Part shown: one piece after another, positions 10,791-24,400 of the stretch
Position numbering within the stretch: the first letter of the stretch is position 1
How the letters are laid out: each line of letters starts with the position of its first letter
Origin: Cyanophora paradoxa CCMP329
Lineage: Eukaryota; Plantae; Glaucophyta
DNA length: 64,000 bases
NCBI GenBank assembly: GCA_004431415.1
Contig: QPMI01000133.1
Location: 257,848-321,847, forward strand
Direction: 5' to 3'
The notes under the pieces: model-generated
Databases searched by the model: none
Told to the model about the DNA's origin: nothing
Seen by the model: only the letters and a program-made list of their open reading frames with translations
Made by a program: the position numbers and the translations under genes

Positions 10791-12440
10791 TTTTCCCCTC
10801 GAAAACCAGTTTTTCCCCTCGAATTCGACGCTCGAAAGTCGAGAGCTGACCGATCCACCGAGCCAATCGGAACGCGAATAAGCGCCCTTTTTTTCAGGTG
10901 TTGCAAACTGGACCTCGAAAACGGCCTCATAGAAAAATTTTGGCTGAAGCGAGGGAACGGGAAGCAAGGGGGGGAAGACCTTCGGTCTTCTTTTCCCCCC
11001 TTGCAACATACATAAAATCAGCTTGCCGCCCCCCGATCGGCCTGGCATGCGCAGAGCTCGAGGCCTGAGGACCTGACCATGAACGTACACGCCGTTACGT
11101 TTCGCAATCGATATCGATCACTGCAGCTGGGCCGGGGCCAGATCTAGATCTAGGGGTCAACGTCGATCGCGAGCTCGAGAGCCTCAGGGCCGGGCCTCTG
11201 CCAGGCTGCCGCAAAGCCGCTGAGCAGTTTCGCAGAATGCGGTTGCAATCTTTTTGAATGATATCGATGCAGTCCGACGGTTGTTCATGAATCATGAATG
11301 ATCATGAATTCGAAGTACATCGATCTCAAACAAGAGCAAGATATATATGTGTATACTAATTTAAAAACGAAACTGCAGGGAGGGCTCCGAGGACTGATTA
11401 ACACTAACTAGGAACCGTTGAACAGGGAAGAAATTATGATTATCGGATACTAGACCGTACGCGACTGTCGGCCGCGGACGGCCGGACGAAGAGAACGCCG
11501 GCGCCGACCGTGCGGGAAGGCCGTGCAGGCGGACGTGGCCATGGAGACGCAGCTGCCGCAGTGCAGCAGTGCAGCAGAGACAGATCTAGAGCAGAAGACG
11601 AAGAGAGGAGGCCGACTCGGCGAGCTGCGGCGACGGCGACGGGAACGCGAAGGAAAGAATAAGGCGAGGAGGAAACCGAAACAAATTCGCGATCGAAGCT
11701 GGAACATGTATGAGACCCAACGCCGGAGATCTAGACACGCGACCAAATCCTGTACAAGTTCTACTAATTAATTTTCCTGTTGTTCGCCGTCGTTTGCAGT
11801 TCGACTGCCCGTCTCGACCCCGGTCGACTTTAGTGATTCCTTTGACTGTCCTTTTGCCTGCTCTTGATCCGCCTGCTCCGCCTCCTGTGTCCTCCTCGAC
11901 CTTGTGCCGTAGCTCTGCCCTTTCGCGTCGTCCTGCTTCGCCTCCGCCTCCGCGTCGTCTTGTTGTTCCTCTTACTTGTCTGCTTCCTGTTATTTATCTT
12001 TCTCAAATTTGTCCTCCGCTTCTTAGTGATGTAATTCCTTCCGATATTGATGGTATCTCTAGCTCTGGCTCTTCTTCGTGTCAGTCATCCTCTGTCCCTA
12101 GATCTGCTCGATTTCTCGTCTCTTCTCGATCTGTCTCGAGCTCTGTGTCTTTTCTTTTTTATTGTCGATTTTGGCTCTTTGTCTTATCTTTCTTCGTGCT
12201 CTTGTCTTAGTTATTTTGCTTTTTTGTCTTTAGGCCCCCTGGGCAGCCCCCGCAGTGCTGGTGTCTAGAGACTGTGGCCGGTAATTCACCAAAAAAAAAA
12301 ATACTAATTAATTTTAAACTGTGCTTGTATCCGTAGAAATACATAAACTGTAAAGAAATTCTGAGGTCCTGCGTTGACTGGTACGTATACGTACTAATAG
12401 GGATCCTACATCAATATTTCCTCATGGAGCTACAGCAATG

Positions 12441-15400
12441 TCACAGGTAAACGTCGGTGGCCATGGGGAGCCCTGCTGGCGATGCCCCCGGGTGGACGGG
12501 GCCTGTCCGCAGCTGATGGACGGTCGGCTGCAGCTGGCCGGAGCGAGCGAGCGGCTCCGCGTTCCAGCGCGCGCGCCGATCGCGATCCGCGGCTCGTGTA
12601 CGACTCTGGTTCCTGGCGACGTACCCCATAACGAAGATGACGAGGGCGACGCCCCCGACGACGCCGACGCTGATGCCGGCGATCTGCCCCCCGTCAAGGC
12701 CGCTCGAGCCTCCCGCGGGCCTCTCCTGCCCGCCGCTCTGACTCGGGCTGGCCGCCCCCGACGCTGTTGCAATCGGCTCGCGATCGCCGTTGATGCTGCT
12801 GACGGCGTTGCGCGTGCACTGAGCCTTGGCGCTGGCGGTGCCGCTTGGAATCGCAAGGGAGTACGTCGCGCCGCAGAACGTGCCTGCAATCGCAAGTCAT
12901 GATCAGCGAGTATTGATATTAGTATCGTGTGCGCGAAGAGAGAGGCTCACTGTTGCGAGAGAAGCCGAGCCCCGTTCCGAGGACCGAGGAGGGGCCCGAG
13001 TACGAAGCTGCAATGTCGACGGACGGCGTCGCGGCGAGCTGCAGGGCGTGGCGGCGCGTGCCGTTAACGCTGCCGACGGCCTCGGCGAAAGACGAGCGGC
13101 CGGCGAGCTGGACGCCAGCAACGCCGACGGACGGGTCGAGCCGGCGGAGGAAGTTGTAGACGAGGAGGAGCCAGTAGTCGTCCCGCGTGGCCGCGTCCAG
13201 CGAGTCGTAGTTCGCCGAGAGCCACGCCGCGAAGGATCCAGCGTTGTTGTCGACACGGATCGTGAAGTTGAGGCGAGACGCGTTTGCGGGGACGGGCGCC
13301 GCCGAGCGGGACAGCTCCGCCTTGACCGCGGCGACGTACGGGGCCAGGCCGGCGAAGTTGCCTCCGACGGTGCGGACGGTGCCGCCTGACAACGCCGCGC
13401 CGTCGGAGAGCGGGAGCGTCAAGCCGCCGCTCAGGGACGCGTAGACAAGGGCCTGTATGATGGGCTCGGGTCCCTTCGCCGTGGGCGCGACGGTGAACGA
13501 CCCGCCGCCGTCGGATGCGGGGCCAGCCAGCAGCGCTCCGAACAAGTTGACGTTGAGAACGATCGAACCCGTCGCAGAGCCGACGTACGCCATCTGCAGC
13601 GTCGATCAGCTCGATCGACACACTCGACCGGCGACCGCATCTGGGAACGACGAACCTGAATCTCGATCGTCTTGGCCAAGTCCGTCGCGAAGGACGTGTT
13701 GCCGACTGCGCTCCGCAGCGCGCCAAGGACGGCGCGGACGAGGCGCAGGTTGCCGTACGCGGAGGCGGAGACGGGGTACAACGCCTGGAAGGCGGCCAGC
13801 GTGACGGCCTGCTGCGGGAACACGATGGAGACGGCGACGGGTTTGCCGGAGACATCGCGGAAGCCGCCAATGCCGGGCACGCCGGGCTGTCGCAGAATCG
13901 CCTAGTCAGCTTCAATGTTTTCGACGAGAAACATTTTCTATTCTTAAATCTGGTTCGGGCTAGGTTATAATTACAAACGCACCCAGGTGATGCGCTGGCC
14001 GTTCAGGGTCTGAGGAATGCCTCCAACGAGATACGGATCGACGGAGGACATGTCGAGCCCGTTCATCAGCGAGTCGGCATAGACGAAGTCGCGGAGCGCA
14101 GCGGCGGAGGGCGGGTTCTTGCCCGAAGCTGGATTCGCGACGCCAAAGAATCTGCGAAAATGGCGCCAATCAAAACCGGCGCGGCGTTTCGCGATAAATG
14201 TGTTTCGCGGCTCACGAGAACGTGATCTGGACGCCCTCCAACGCGCCGGTGGCCGAAGGCGAGAGCGCGCCCGCCTCGACGTCGAGCTGAAGGGCCTGAT
14301 CGAAGGCAGCGATCTGAGCGGCCGCCGGGCCGATCGCGGCCGCCCGGGCGCGGATGCGGGCGGCGAGCGCCGCAACGAGGCCGGCGGGGTCCGAGCGCGG
14401 GCTGGCGGTGAAGACGGCGGCGGCGGAGGCGTTGCCGGAGGCGGGGTACAGCGGGAACGCGACACCCAGGGAGCTGCGGGAGGTGACGTTGCGGGACTCC
14501 GGCCGAGAGCGGATCACGTGGGCGAAGTCATGGAAGACGGCGGCGGCCTCAGCCGCAGGAACGAGCGCCGTGGCGGCCGAGGTGTAGCGCCCGTCGACGC
14601 CGCGGACGGCCGCGCTGCCCGCAGCCGTCTCCGCCCAGGTGCCGGCGGACGCGTTGAAGCGCGCGAGAGAAACTGCGCAAAGGTTTCATTCAGCACTCTT
14701 CGCGCGGGGATCGGAGTCAGAAGCATTTATATGCATGCGCGCTCACTTCGCTCGGAGAGGAAGTCGAACGTTGCCGACGAAGGCACGAGCCCGGCGAACG
14801 AAACGGCGTCGGAGAGGTTGGCGGCGGGCAGGCTGTCGCAGCGGGCGCCGCAGCCGGCCCTGTAGGCCGCTAGCTGAACGACGTCCGAAGCGAACCGCTC
14901 GCTGCTGCCGTAGAGCGCCGCGGGCAGGCGGAGCGCGACGACATCGAGGGCCAGGTCGCTGGTGGCGTCGCCGAGGACGGAGTGCGCGAAGCTGGAGGGC
15001 AGGCCGACGCGTGGGTCGAAGCCGCTGAAGGCGATCTTCTGCGGAGGGTAGTTGATGGTCCTCGAGACGCAGAGCTGGATCGGGAGCAGCTCGGCGTCCT
15101 TGCGGGACGCGGATGGTGACGCGTACGCCGCCACGGGCGAGGTCCAGTTGCCGCCCGTCGACGCGCAGGTCCCGCACTCGAGGCTGCGGCGGCCGAGCTG
15201 CGACAGGAGCTGCCGCAGCTCGAGCGAGGCGGATGCGGTGCGGTCGATGCCGGCATCGTTGCTGAAGACGTTGAGGGTCCCCTCGACGAGGTTCTGGACG
15301 ACGGCGTCCGTGTCGGGCGTGTACGAGTTGCAGTCGCGGACGTAGCGACTCGTCAGGTTCGCCGCGAGGCTGAGGGCGTCTTTCACGATGGAGGCGCTGT

Positions 15401-18400
15401 AGTCGGCGACGAAGGCGGCGCCGAGGACGACGGCGTACTGCGACGCGGCCGCGCTGACGGTCGCCTTGCTGTAGTCGGCGCCCTCGACGGCCTTCATCGA
15501 GCTCCGGAGCGCGTCGACCTGGATCTGGAGCAGGGCGGGGTCCGCGGCCGCGAGGCGGCGGCGGGGCGCGACGCTCTTGAAGGTCTCCAGCGCCTTCCGC
15601 CGCCGCGCGTTGACCGCTGCCGACTGCTGCGCCGACGACGTCGCAGTGATAACGCTGCCGAAGGCGCAGACGTAGTCCTGTGCGCGCATGCACTTGCTCG
15701 TCGCCTCCTCCGTGTTCCGCGTGATGACGGCCGCCGCGTCCGCCGCCGACATGCCAGCGGTCGGGTCCTCCACGGCCACGGCCGCGAGGTCGTCGTAGGC
15801 GGTGAACGCGCCGGTGCTGTCGCGAATGTAGCCGCGGAACTTCATCATGCCTGATCATGAGAGCGGAGCTCAGAAAATGCGAGAGCGAATCGGGCGGCGA
15901 AACGCTGAGAATTTCATGTAGGCTCACTTTTGACGGGGTAGGCCTTGATCTTCGGGAGGGTGCTGTCCATCGTGTAGGCCCGCAGCGTCGTCCTCTCGTT
16001 GTTCGCGGTCTCCTCCACCTCGAACGCGTACTGCAGCGGCGGGCTGCTCGTCACCCAGTCGCTGCAGGAGAGGCGGTACTCCTTGGTCAGCGCGACGACC
16101 TTCTTGCTCGTGAGGAGGACGTCCTGCAGGCTGCCGTCCTGAAGCGCCTCGAGAAGCTTGCAGCTGCCCGACGCGGGGGGCTGCGGCGCCTCACCGTTAC
16201 TTCTTCGCCGCGCCGACGGCCGCGAGCAATTCCGATTCGATAATTTCAGCCGCGCGCGCACCTTGTTTACGTCGAGCGTGATCTCCACGGATGCAAAGCG
16301 GGTCTTGCCGTCCTTCTCCATGGTGACGGCCAGCGCGAACGTGTAGCTCTGGCCAGGCCGCAGCACGTTCTTCTTCAGAACGAGCGAGGAGGCGGTGTCG
16401 GTTTCCGTGACTTCCTTGCTCGCGAGGTCGAGCGTGGCCGCGCTCTGGACGGTCCAGAGGTAGCGCAGCTTGTAGGCAGACTCGCCGTTGCTCTTGAAGT
16501 CGTCCGCATCGACGTCCTTGGGCGCCTCGACCGCGCCCGTGAGCTTGAGCTCCCGGAACGAGTTGACAACGCGCGACCCCTCGATCTGCACAGCGGCGGA
16601 TCAGCGATGCTTGATATCGATTATGGAAGAAAAGCGCGAGCTGCGGTCCGCAAACCGATATCGATACGGCGGGCGGAGAGTATTTCACGATGACGACGGA
16701 CACCGAGGTGGCTGCTGCGGCGCGGTTGAGGCCGTCGTTGCGCGTCACCTGCACGGAGAACGAGAACCTGCGATGCGGGCTAAGCAGGACCGGAGGAAGG
16801 CATCTGAAACATGATCAGGATCGGGGGCGGGCGCACGGCTTCTGGGGGGAGGCGGCGTCCGGCTGGAGGCTGCCGGAGCTGATCCGCAGCACGCAGCCGT
16901 TCTTGCCGGCGACGATCGTCACGCCAGCGCCCTCGGCCAACGCCCCGCTGGAGTCTTTAGGAAGGGAGTGCGCCGGAGATCCCGCGCCGACGGTCCACTT
17001 GCACGCAAGAGACGGGTCGAAACCGGAAATGCCGGTGGCGAGGTCGACGTTGTCGGGATCGAAGGACTTCGTGGCGTCGAGCACGACCTCCGAGTCCACG
17101 CCGATCGTGCTCGTGAGGGTGCGCACGCCGCCCGACTCTGAGAAGACGCGCGCCTCGGCGACGAGCTTGGCGGCCTTGATCGTGAGCTGCGTCGCGAACG
17201 AGTTCTTGAGGGCGGGGTCCGACTTGACGCGGCCCTCCACCCGAACCACATAGGGTGCGGCGCGCGGCTGGGGCTCGCATCAGCAAAGCGAAACAACATG
17301 GAGCGCGAGCAGAGAAGGAGCAGCAGAGGCGTCGACGCGGATGCTTGCCTGCAATAAAGCCTTTCCGGTGGGGCCGACCGTGAAGGAGGAGGAAGTAGCG
17401 CCATTCTGCTCGACATCATCGATGAACCACCTGAACTCCATTTGCACAGCTGCGAAAGCGTTGTTTCAGGCACAGGATTTCAATGAACGTGACTATTGAA
17501 TACGATGGGGGCATGCGCACTGCTGCTCGAGGAACACGCGCTGAATGCGGCCCTGGCTGACAGGGTCAGGTCGACCGTCTTTTGCGTCTCGAGCTTCGCC
17601 CCCTCCGCGATGACTACGCTCGGGATCTCCGTATCCACCTTCGACAGCTGCAGCGGAGAAATTAATCAAATGAAACATCGCAGATTATAAAAATCAGTTA
17701 AAGACCGCGATCGCTCTTACCGTGACGGTCTGCTGCGAGCTGGAGACGCCCAGAAAGTTCTTGCCGACCAGGCCGATCTGGTAGGTCCCCGTCGCCGCGG
17801 ACGCTAGGAGGCGCAGCGTCGTGCTCGAGACGATGTAGCTCGAAGCGGCTGCGTGAAAAGCGATCCGTCTCAACGTAAACGCGAGCGGCCACTCACAACA
17901 AATTGAAGAAGTTCCATATGCATGCTCGCGCACCGACGTCGGACCCGCCCCTCCTTACGGTCCATTGGAGCGTGAGGGGCCGCCCGCACCCGCCGCCATC
18001 GATCTTGGCGATGTACTCGGCGATGTCGCACCGTCCAACAGACGTGTCGCCGGAGAGTTGAACGACCGGCGCCGGCGGGTTGGTCGGGGCCTGAATGATT
18101 ACGGGGCTCGCGGTAGCCGGAATGGGGGCAGAGTTGCCGATCCTGCCGAAGGCGATTCACAACCTAGAGAAAGCAGGAAGATTCTGCACATAGAATTCGA
18201 ACGCACGCATTCAGAATTGAAGCACCGGAGTTGGCGATGCTCGCTGCAGTTGAAGGGCCTGCAAGCGCGGCAGCGTTCTGGTCGTTCACTCCTGCGATTG
18301 TGACCTCTAAGACGGAAGGGCTGACGAATGAACAGAACGAGGCTGCTCGCAACGCGTGAGAGGCGCGAGGCTGAAGGAAAGCATTCAGCTATGAAACTCG

Positions 18401-21400
18401 GACCAGGGCCAAAGAGCGTAGCAGCGTCCTGGAAGACTGCGCTGGCGCGGACGTTCTTTGCAGAGTCCAAGGACGCCGCAGCGCTCCCCTTGTAGCTCTG
18501 CCGCAGTGGATATCGATGCAGTGCAATCGAAACTCTTGCGAAAGCTACAAGATTAAGCACCTGAAGCATGTCGGAGTCTTCGCTCAGCGTGAACAGGATG
18601 ATATTGCCCTTCGCGCGAGAGAGTCAGCAAGTTGAACCGAAATTAGAGTTCACTTTTAATGTTAATCGCACCGCGTCTGAGAACTTGGCGGAGACGATTT
18701 GGATGGGAGCTTTGGGAGTGCGGGACACAGGAAGGCGCGCCACTGGGGCGTCTGTCGAGGAGATGCGTGACCCCTCAATGAACGTCACCTGCTTCGTGTT
18801 GACGAAGAGATTGAGGGTTCCGGCTCCCGTGGCGTAGAGTTTGTAGGCTGCGCGCGCGCACGCGCAACAAACGCTCGGTTATAGATGCGCAGTTCGATCG
18901 CGAACGGGACCGGGCTCACATATAGTAACCACGCCGGTAGTGCCAGGCACGCGAGCGATCTGTTCGAGATCGGGAGTGCTCGGTCATTCTTCACGGCATG
19001 CCGCGCGCTCAATTCAACTTCGTTCGCACCTTCAAGTCGCGGAAGCAGCCGATGACACCTTGATAGCGGACGTACGAACAGAGTGGCGTGGCTCCCGCCG
19101 CCGTTGTAAAATCGGCAAAGAAGGGAAGCTTTGCGTAGCCGTCCGTGAACGCAAACTGGAAACCGCTGTTCGGAGATCTGAGGACGTTTGCACGTTCAGA
19201 AAACGGGAGGAAATTCGAAAACTAAGCCTGCCATGCTTCGCGGGCAGCGCACTGGTCGAAGTCGACGACGTTGCCGCACGCGTCGATGCCTGTGACGCGG
19301 ATCGAGTTGTCGGCCTCCGCGGCCATAGGGCCCGCTATGTCTTCCTTCAGAGCAGCGGAGGCCTGGACGCCCGACAGCGTATTCGGCTTGACGGAGAGCG
19401 AGAACGCCGCCCCGAACGTGTTGCCGGAGCGCAGCGCGTGGATCTGCTGGCGGCCCACGGAGCAGACCGAGAAGCCGACCTGGTAGACCCCCGCGAGGGT
19501 GAACGTCTGATAGGAGACGTTCCAATTCTTCGCCGCGCCGTCGACGCTGGGCGTTGCGACCACGGGAAGAATCTGCACGATGCTGGCCGGTGCCGCTAAC
19601 GAAAGAGTCTGCAGAGCAAGTGGCGCGCGGTCAGCCAAACAACGGCGACAAGGCGCACGCGTAAAGCAGCACGTGCGAATTCGAAACGCGGTGCACGCGC
19701 ACCGAAGCTGCCCAGGGAGACGCCATGGAAGTCACGGGGCAGGTGGCGCCGGTAGAGATTCCGAACCCGAGCGTCGTGGTACCCGCCCTCTCCGCGCTGT
19801 CAACGGACTGGTAGGCCGCCGGCTCCACGAGGTTCCCGAAAGCGTCGCGAACTGCCACGTAGCCTGTGATGAGCAGGCCGGCGCGCGTCTCGGACGCCGA
19901 GAGCCATTCGAGGCCGGAAGCGGCGAAATTTGCGAAGGCAGAATCCGGCGCCGTCGCGGGCTCGCCAGGGTTGACGAACACCGTGATGCTTGAGCCGATG
20001 CCCGCTGGTTGATCGTTGATGGAGACAGAGATTTCGTAGTAGCCTGCCCTGAATGCGGTCACTGACACGGCGTACGTGCCGTCCGCGTTCATCGTGACAG
20101 TCGCAGTCGCGGCGGATGGGTGAATGTTGGGATTGAGAGCGGCCCTGAAATTATCCCCGAGGACAAAAGCGGCGTCGCTGCGCGAGGAAAGGCGCAATCG
20201 GATTAAGCGGAGTCGCGGGATCTAAAATCGGACGCGCATGAGGCGCACGACGACGCGGGTTGGGTCGAGGTGGGCCCACGGTACGTAGGCGTCACCTTGA
20301 CGTTGCTGAATGCACTGACGCGCGCGCCCTTCGCGTCGCGCAGCTCGATGACGAGAGTGAAGGCCCTGCCCGCCGTGTATACCTTGCACACGCCGCTGGC
20401 AACGCCGGACTTGGAGACCGCAAGGTCGCCAGCAGCAAGGGTGATCGAAGTGACAACGGAGGACGAGCCGCCCACGGCGCCGCTGACAGCGATCGTCGCA
20501 CTCCCGTCGACGGAGGTCTTGCCCGTCAGCGTGTACCGGTCGACCCACGTCCCTTCAGGGCCGTAAGCGCCCGCCGTGGAAGCGACGTCGAAGCGGGCCG
20601 CGTCAGACAGCGAGATGCTGGCGGCAGCCGGCGGCGCGCTCGCTGCTCCTGCCGAGGCGCGGAACGCAGCGGCCGCAGGGCACGCCGACGTTATCGCACT
20701 CGCGGGGACGTTGCCCATGAAGTTCCCATTGCTGCGGAGAACATAAGAGGAGGATTGCACCTAATGCTTTAATTTCGAGTGGAGCACACCCGTCCCGGTA
20801 AACGGCGAAGAACGAAATCGGGAAGCCCTTCAGCGCGCTGATCGAGGCGGGGATGCCCTCGAAAGACGCCGTAGATTGCACCGCCGGAAGCGCGAAGAGT
20901 CGGATGGGAGAGTTCGAAATCTTTCCAGAGTTGGCGGCATCGCCGGTGGAAAGGCTCAGCTGCAGCTCATAGGTCCCTCTGCGCGGGGGGACCTGGAACT
21001 GGACCAGGAAGGTCCCTGCCGACGCGTCGCGATTCAGGCCCAGGCAAGTCGATCAACGTGCGTGCAGCATGCGGACCGTTTTGGAAGTTGGTGATCGTGG
21101 GTGCGCTGCTGCTATCGGAGGCGGGCGGCGACCCGTAGTAGCTGAAAGAGGCGTCGACCGGGTCGGTCGCAGCGAGCGACACGAGCTGCAGAACGTGTAC
21201 TCAGATCCAAAAGCCAGTGCGTCATGACCATGATCAGAGGGTAAAATTGTTATCAAGGCACCTGTGCGGACAAAACGCCTGCACTCCTCCCAGATACGAG
21301 AGATCCTTCCGCATCGTATGCCTGGACGGAGAGAGAGGTGGCGGAGCCGACTGCTTGAAACTCGCACAGGGCGGGACCGCTGGCGAGAGTCCGCGACGCA

Positions 21401-24400
21401 ATGACCGGAGCGAGGCCCTTGCGGGTGACAAACGTGCGCGATGCAGCGCCGGACGAGCCGCCGGCGTTCATGGTCGTGATGGAGCACTGGTAGCCCGTTA
21501 GCGGCTCCAGCGGCACTTGTACCGTGATCGAGGTCGGCGAGGAGAGGCCGGAGACCGTGACGGGCGGGACGGCCGCCAAGGACGCAGTCGCGGCGCAAGC
21601 GACCGTCGCGCTTGTGATGGCGTCTACGCTGAGGACCGTCACGACCAGCGAGACCTTGCCGTCGGAGCTGCGCTCAACGTCCACCGCACCCTCCGCCGGA
21701 ACTGAGATCCTCGGCAGAGCCGGCCCTGCGGCAGTCGTGAAGCTGCGTGTCGCTTTAAGCGAGGAGCCACCAGCGTTGGACGTGGTAACTTCACAGTTGT
21801 AGGCACCGGGTGCCAAAGTGACCTAACGAATGCAAACACGCCGGACAGACGCCAGATTAGAGAACTACGGATATATAGCGATTGCAAACGATGTGAGAAA
21901 GCGCACCAATACAGAGATGGAGGTTGGATTTCCGGAGATTCCCGAAAGCGAGCCTGAAGGGGGTGCTGCAGCACCAGTACTGGCCGTTGTACTAGTGCAT
22001 GCGACGGTTACTCCGCTGATCGAGTCGGCAGCCAGCACCCCAATCATGAACGTGACTCGTCCATCCGCATCGCGCGCAACTCCAGATGCGCCGTCCGCGG
22101 CTGGAGAGACGAGAACGGGAAGGGCAGGGCCCGCTCGAGTGGCGAACCGACGCGTGACGGCATCCGACGTCCCTTGGGCGCCGATGCTCTGCGCCCGGCA
22201 TTCGTACTGAGCGCCCGCATTCAGCGGAACTTCAACGCGTGTGGAGGTCGACGTTACAGCAGCTGCTACTGGGGGGAGGTCGGTAGACCCTGCTCCGGCT
22301 GGCTTGCACGTCAAGGAGACAGATGTGACTCCCAAAGCTGAAGTGGTGTCGATGACAAAGGCGACGTTTCCAGAACCTACACGAGGAACGTCCGCAATAC
22401 CGTCCGTAGCAGGAACAGATATGGCTGGAGATGCAGGGCGAAGGATGGGAGAAGATGATGGGGTCGGCGATGGAGACGGGGTGATGACAGCGGGGGCGGC
22501 GGCGGTCGTGAAGCTTGCGGCGGCGGAGGAGCCCGAGGTGCCGGCGCTGTTGGTGACGTTCGCGCTGCAGCTGTACTCCGTGCTGGCCGAGAGGCCCGCG
22601 AGGTCGAAGGTCGCCGTCGTGGCGCCCGCCGAGACGGTTGCGGAGCCCGACCACGCGACGGCGCCGCCGCTCGTGCAGCTGGCCGCGGCGCCGGAGATCG
22701 CAGCGCCCCCGTCCGAGCCGAAGGTCACCGTCAGGGTCGCGGAGTCGTGGGTGACGCTGCTGGCGGCGACGGTCGGGGCCGCCGGGGCGGTGGCGACGAC
22801 GGGGGCGGCGGCGGTCGTGAAGCTTGCGGCGGCGGAGGAGCCCGAGGTGCCGGCGCTGTTGGTGACGTTCGCGCTGCAGCTGTACTCCGTGCTGGCCGAG
22901 AGGCCGCGAGGTCGAAGGTCGCCGTCGTGGCGCCGCCGAGACGGTTGCGGAGCCCGACCACGCGACGGCGCCGCCGCTCGTGCAGCTGGCCGCGGCGCCG
23001 GAGATCGCAGCGCCCCGTCCGAGCCGAAGGTCACCGTCAGGGTCGCGGAGTCGTGGGTGACGCTGCTGGCGGCGACGGTCGGGGCCGCCGGGGCGGTGGC
23101 GACGACGGGGCGGCGGCGGTCGTGAAGCTTGCGGCGGCGGAGGAGCCGAGGTGCCGGCGCTGTTCGTGACGTTCGCGCTGCAGCTGTACTCCGTGCTGGC
23201 CGAGAGGCCCGCGAGGTCGAAGGTCGCCGTCGTGGCGCCCGCCGAGACGGTTGCGGAGCCCGACCACGCGACGGCGCCGCCGCTCGTGCAGCTGGCCGCG
23301 GCGCCGGAGATCGCAGCGCCCCCGTCCGAGCCGAAGGTCACCGTCAGGGTCGCGGAGTCGTGGGTGACGCTGCTGGCGGCGACGGTCGGGGCCGCCGGGG
23401 CGGTGGCGACGACGGGGGCGGCGGCGGTCGTGAAGCTTGCGGCGGCGGAGGAGCCCGAGGTGCCGGCGCTGTTCGTGACGTTCGCGCTGCAGCTGTACTC
23501 CGTGCTGGCCGAGAGGCCCGCGAGGTCGAAGGTCGCCGTCGTGGCGCCCGCCGAGACGGTTGCGGAGCCCGACCACGCGACGGCGCCGCCGCTCGTGCAG
23601 CTGGCCGCGGCGCCGGAGATCGCAGCGCCCCCGTCCGAGCCGAAGGTCACCGTCAGGGTCGCGGAGTCGTGGGTGACGCTGCTGGCGGCGACGGTCGGGG
23701 CCGCCGGGGCGGTGGCGACGACGGGGGCGGCGGCGGTCGTGAAGCTTGCGGCGGCGGAGGAGCTTGAGGTGCCGGCGCTGTTCGTGACGTTCGCGCTGCA
23801 GCTGTACTCCGTGCTGGCCGAGAGGCCCGCGAGGTCGAAGGTCGCCGTCGTGGCGCCCGCCGAGACGGTTGCGGAGCCCGACCACGCGACGGCGCCGCCG
23901 CTCGTGCAGCTGGCCGCGGCGCCGGAGATCGCAGCGCCCCCGTCCGAGCCGAAGGTCACCGTCAGGGTCGCGGAGTCGTGGGTGACGCTGCTGGCGGCGA
24001 CGGTCGGGGCCGCCGGGGCGGTGGATGTGGTCGTAAAGCTTGCGGCGGCGGAGGAGCCCGAGGTGCCGGCGCTGTTGGTGACGTTCGCGCTGCAGCTGTA
24101 CTCCGTGCTGGCCGAGAGGCCCGCGAGGTCGAAGGTCGCCGTCGTGGCGCCCGCCGAGACGGTTGCGGAGCCCGACCACGCGACGGCGCCGCCGCTCGTG
24201 CAGCTGGCCGCGGCGCCGGAGATCGCAGCGCCCCCGTCCGAGCCGAAGGTCACCGTCAGGGTCGCGGAGTCGTGGGTGACGCTGCTGGCGGCGACGGTCG
24301 GGGCCGCCGGGGCGGTGGCGACGACGGGGGCGGCGGCAGTCGTGAAGCTTGCGGCGGCGGAGGAGCCCGAGGTGCCGGCGCTGTTCGTGACGTTCGCGCT

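Noticed and set aside
11450-12260. ORFs in a pyrimidine-rich segment
   Set aside because: Low-complexity translations with no splice or homology support; probably a decayed repeat.
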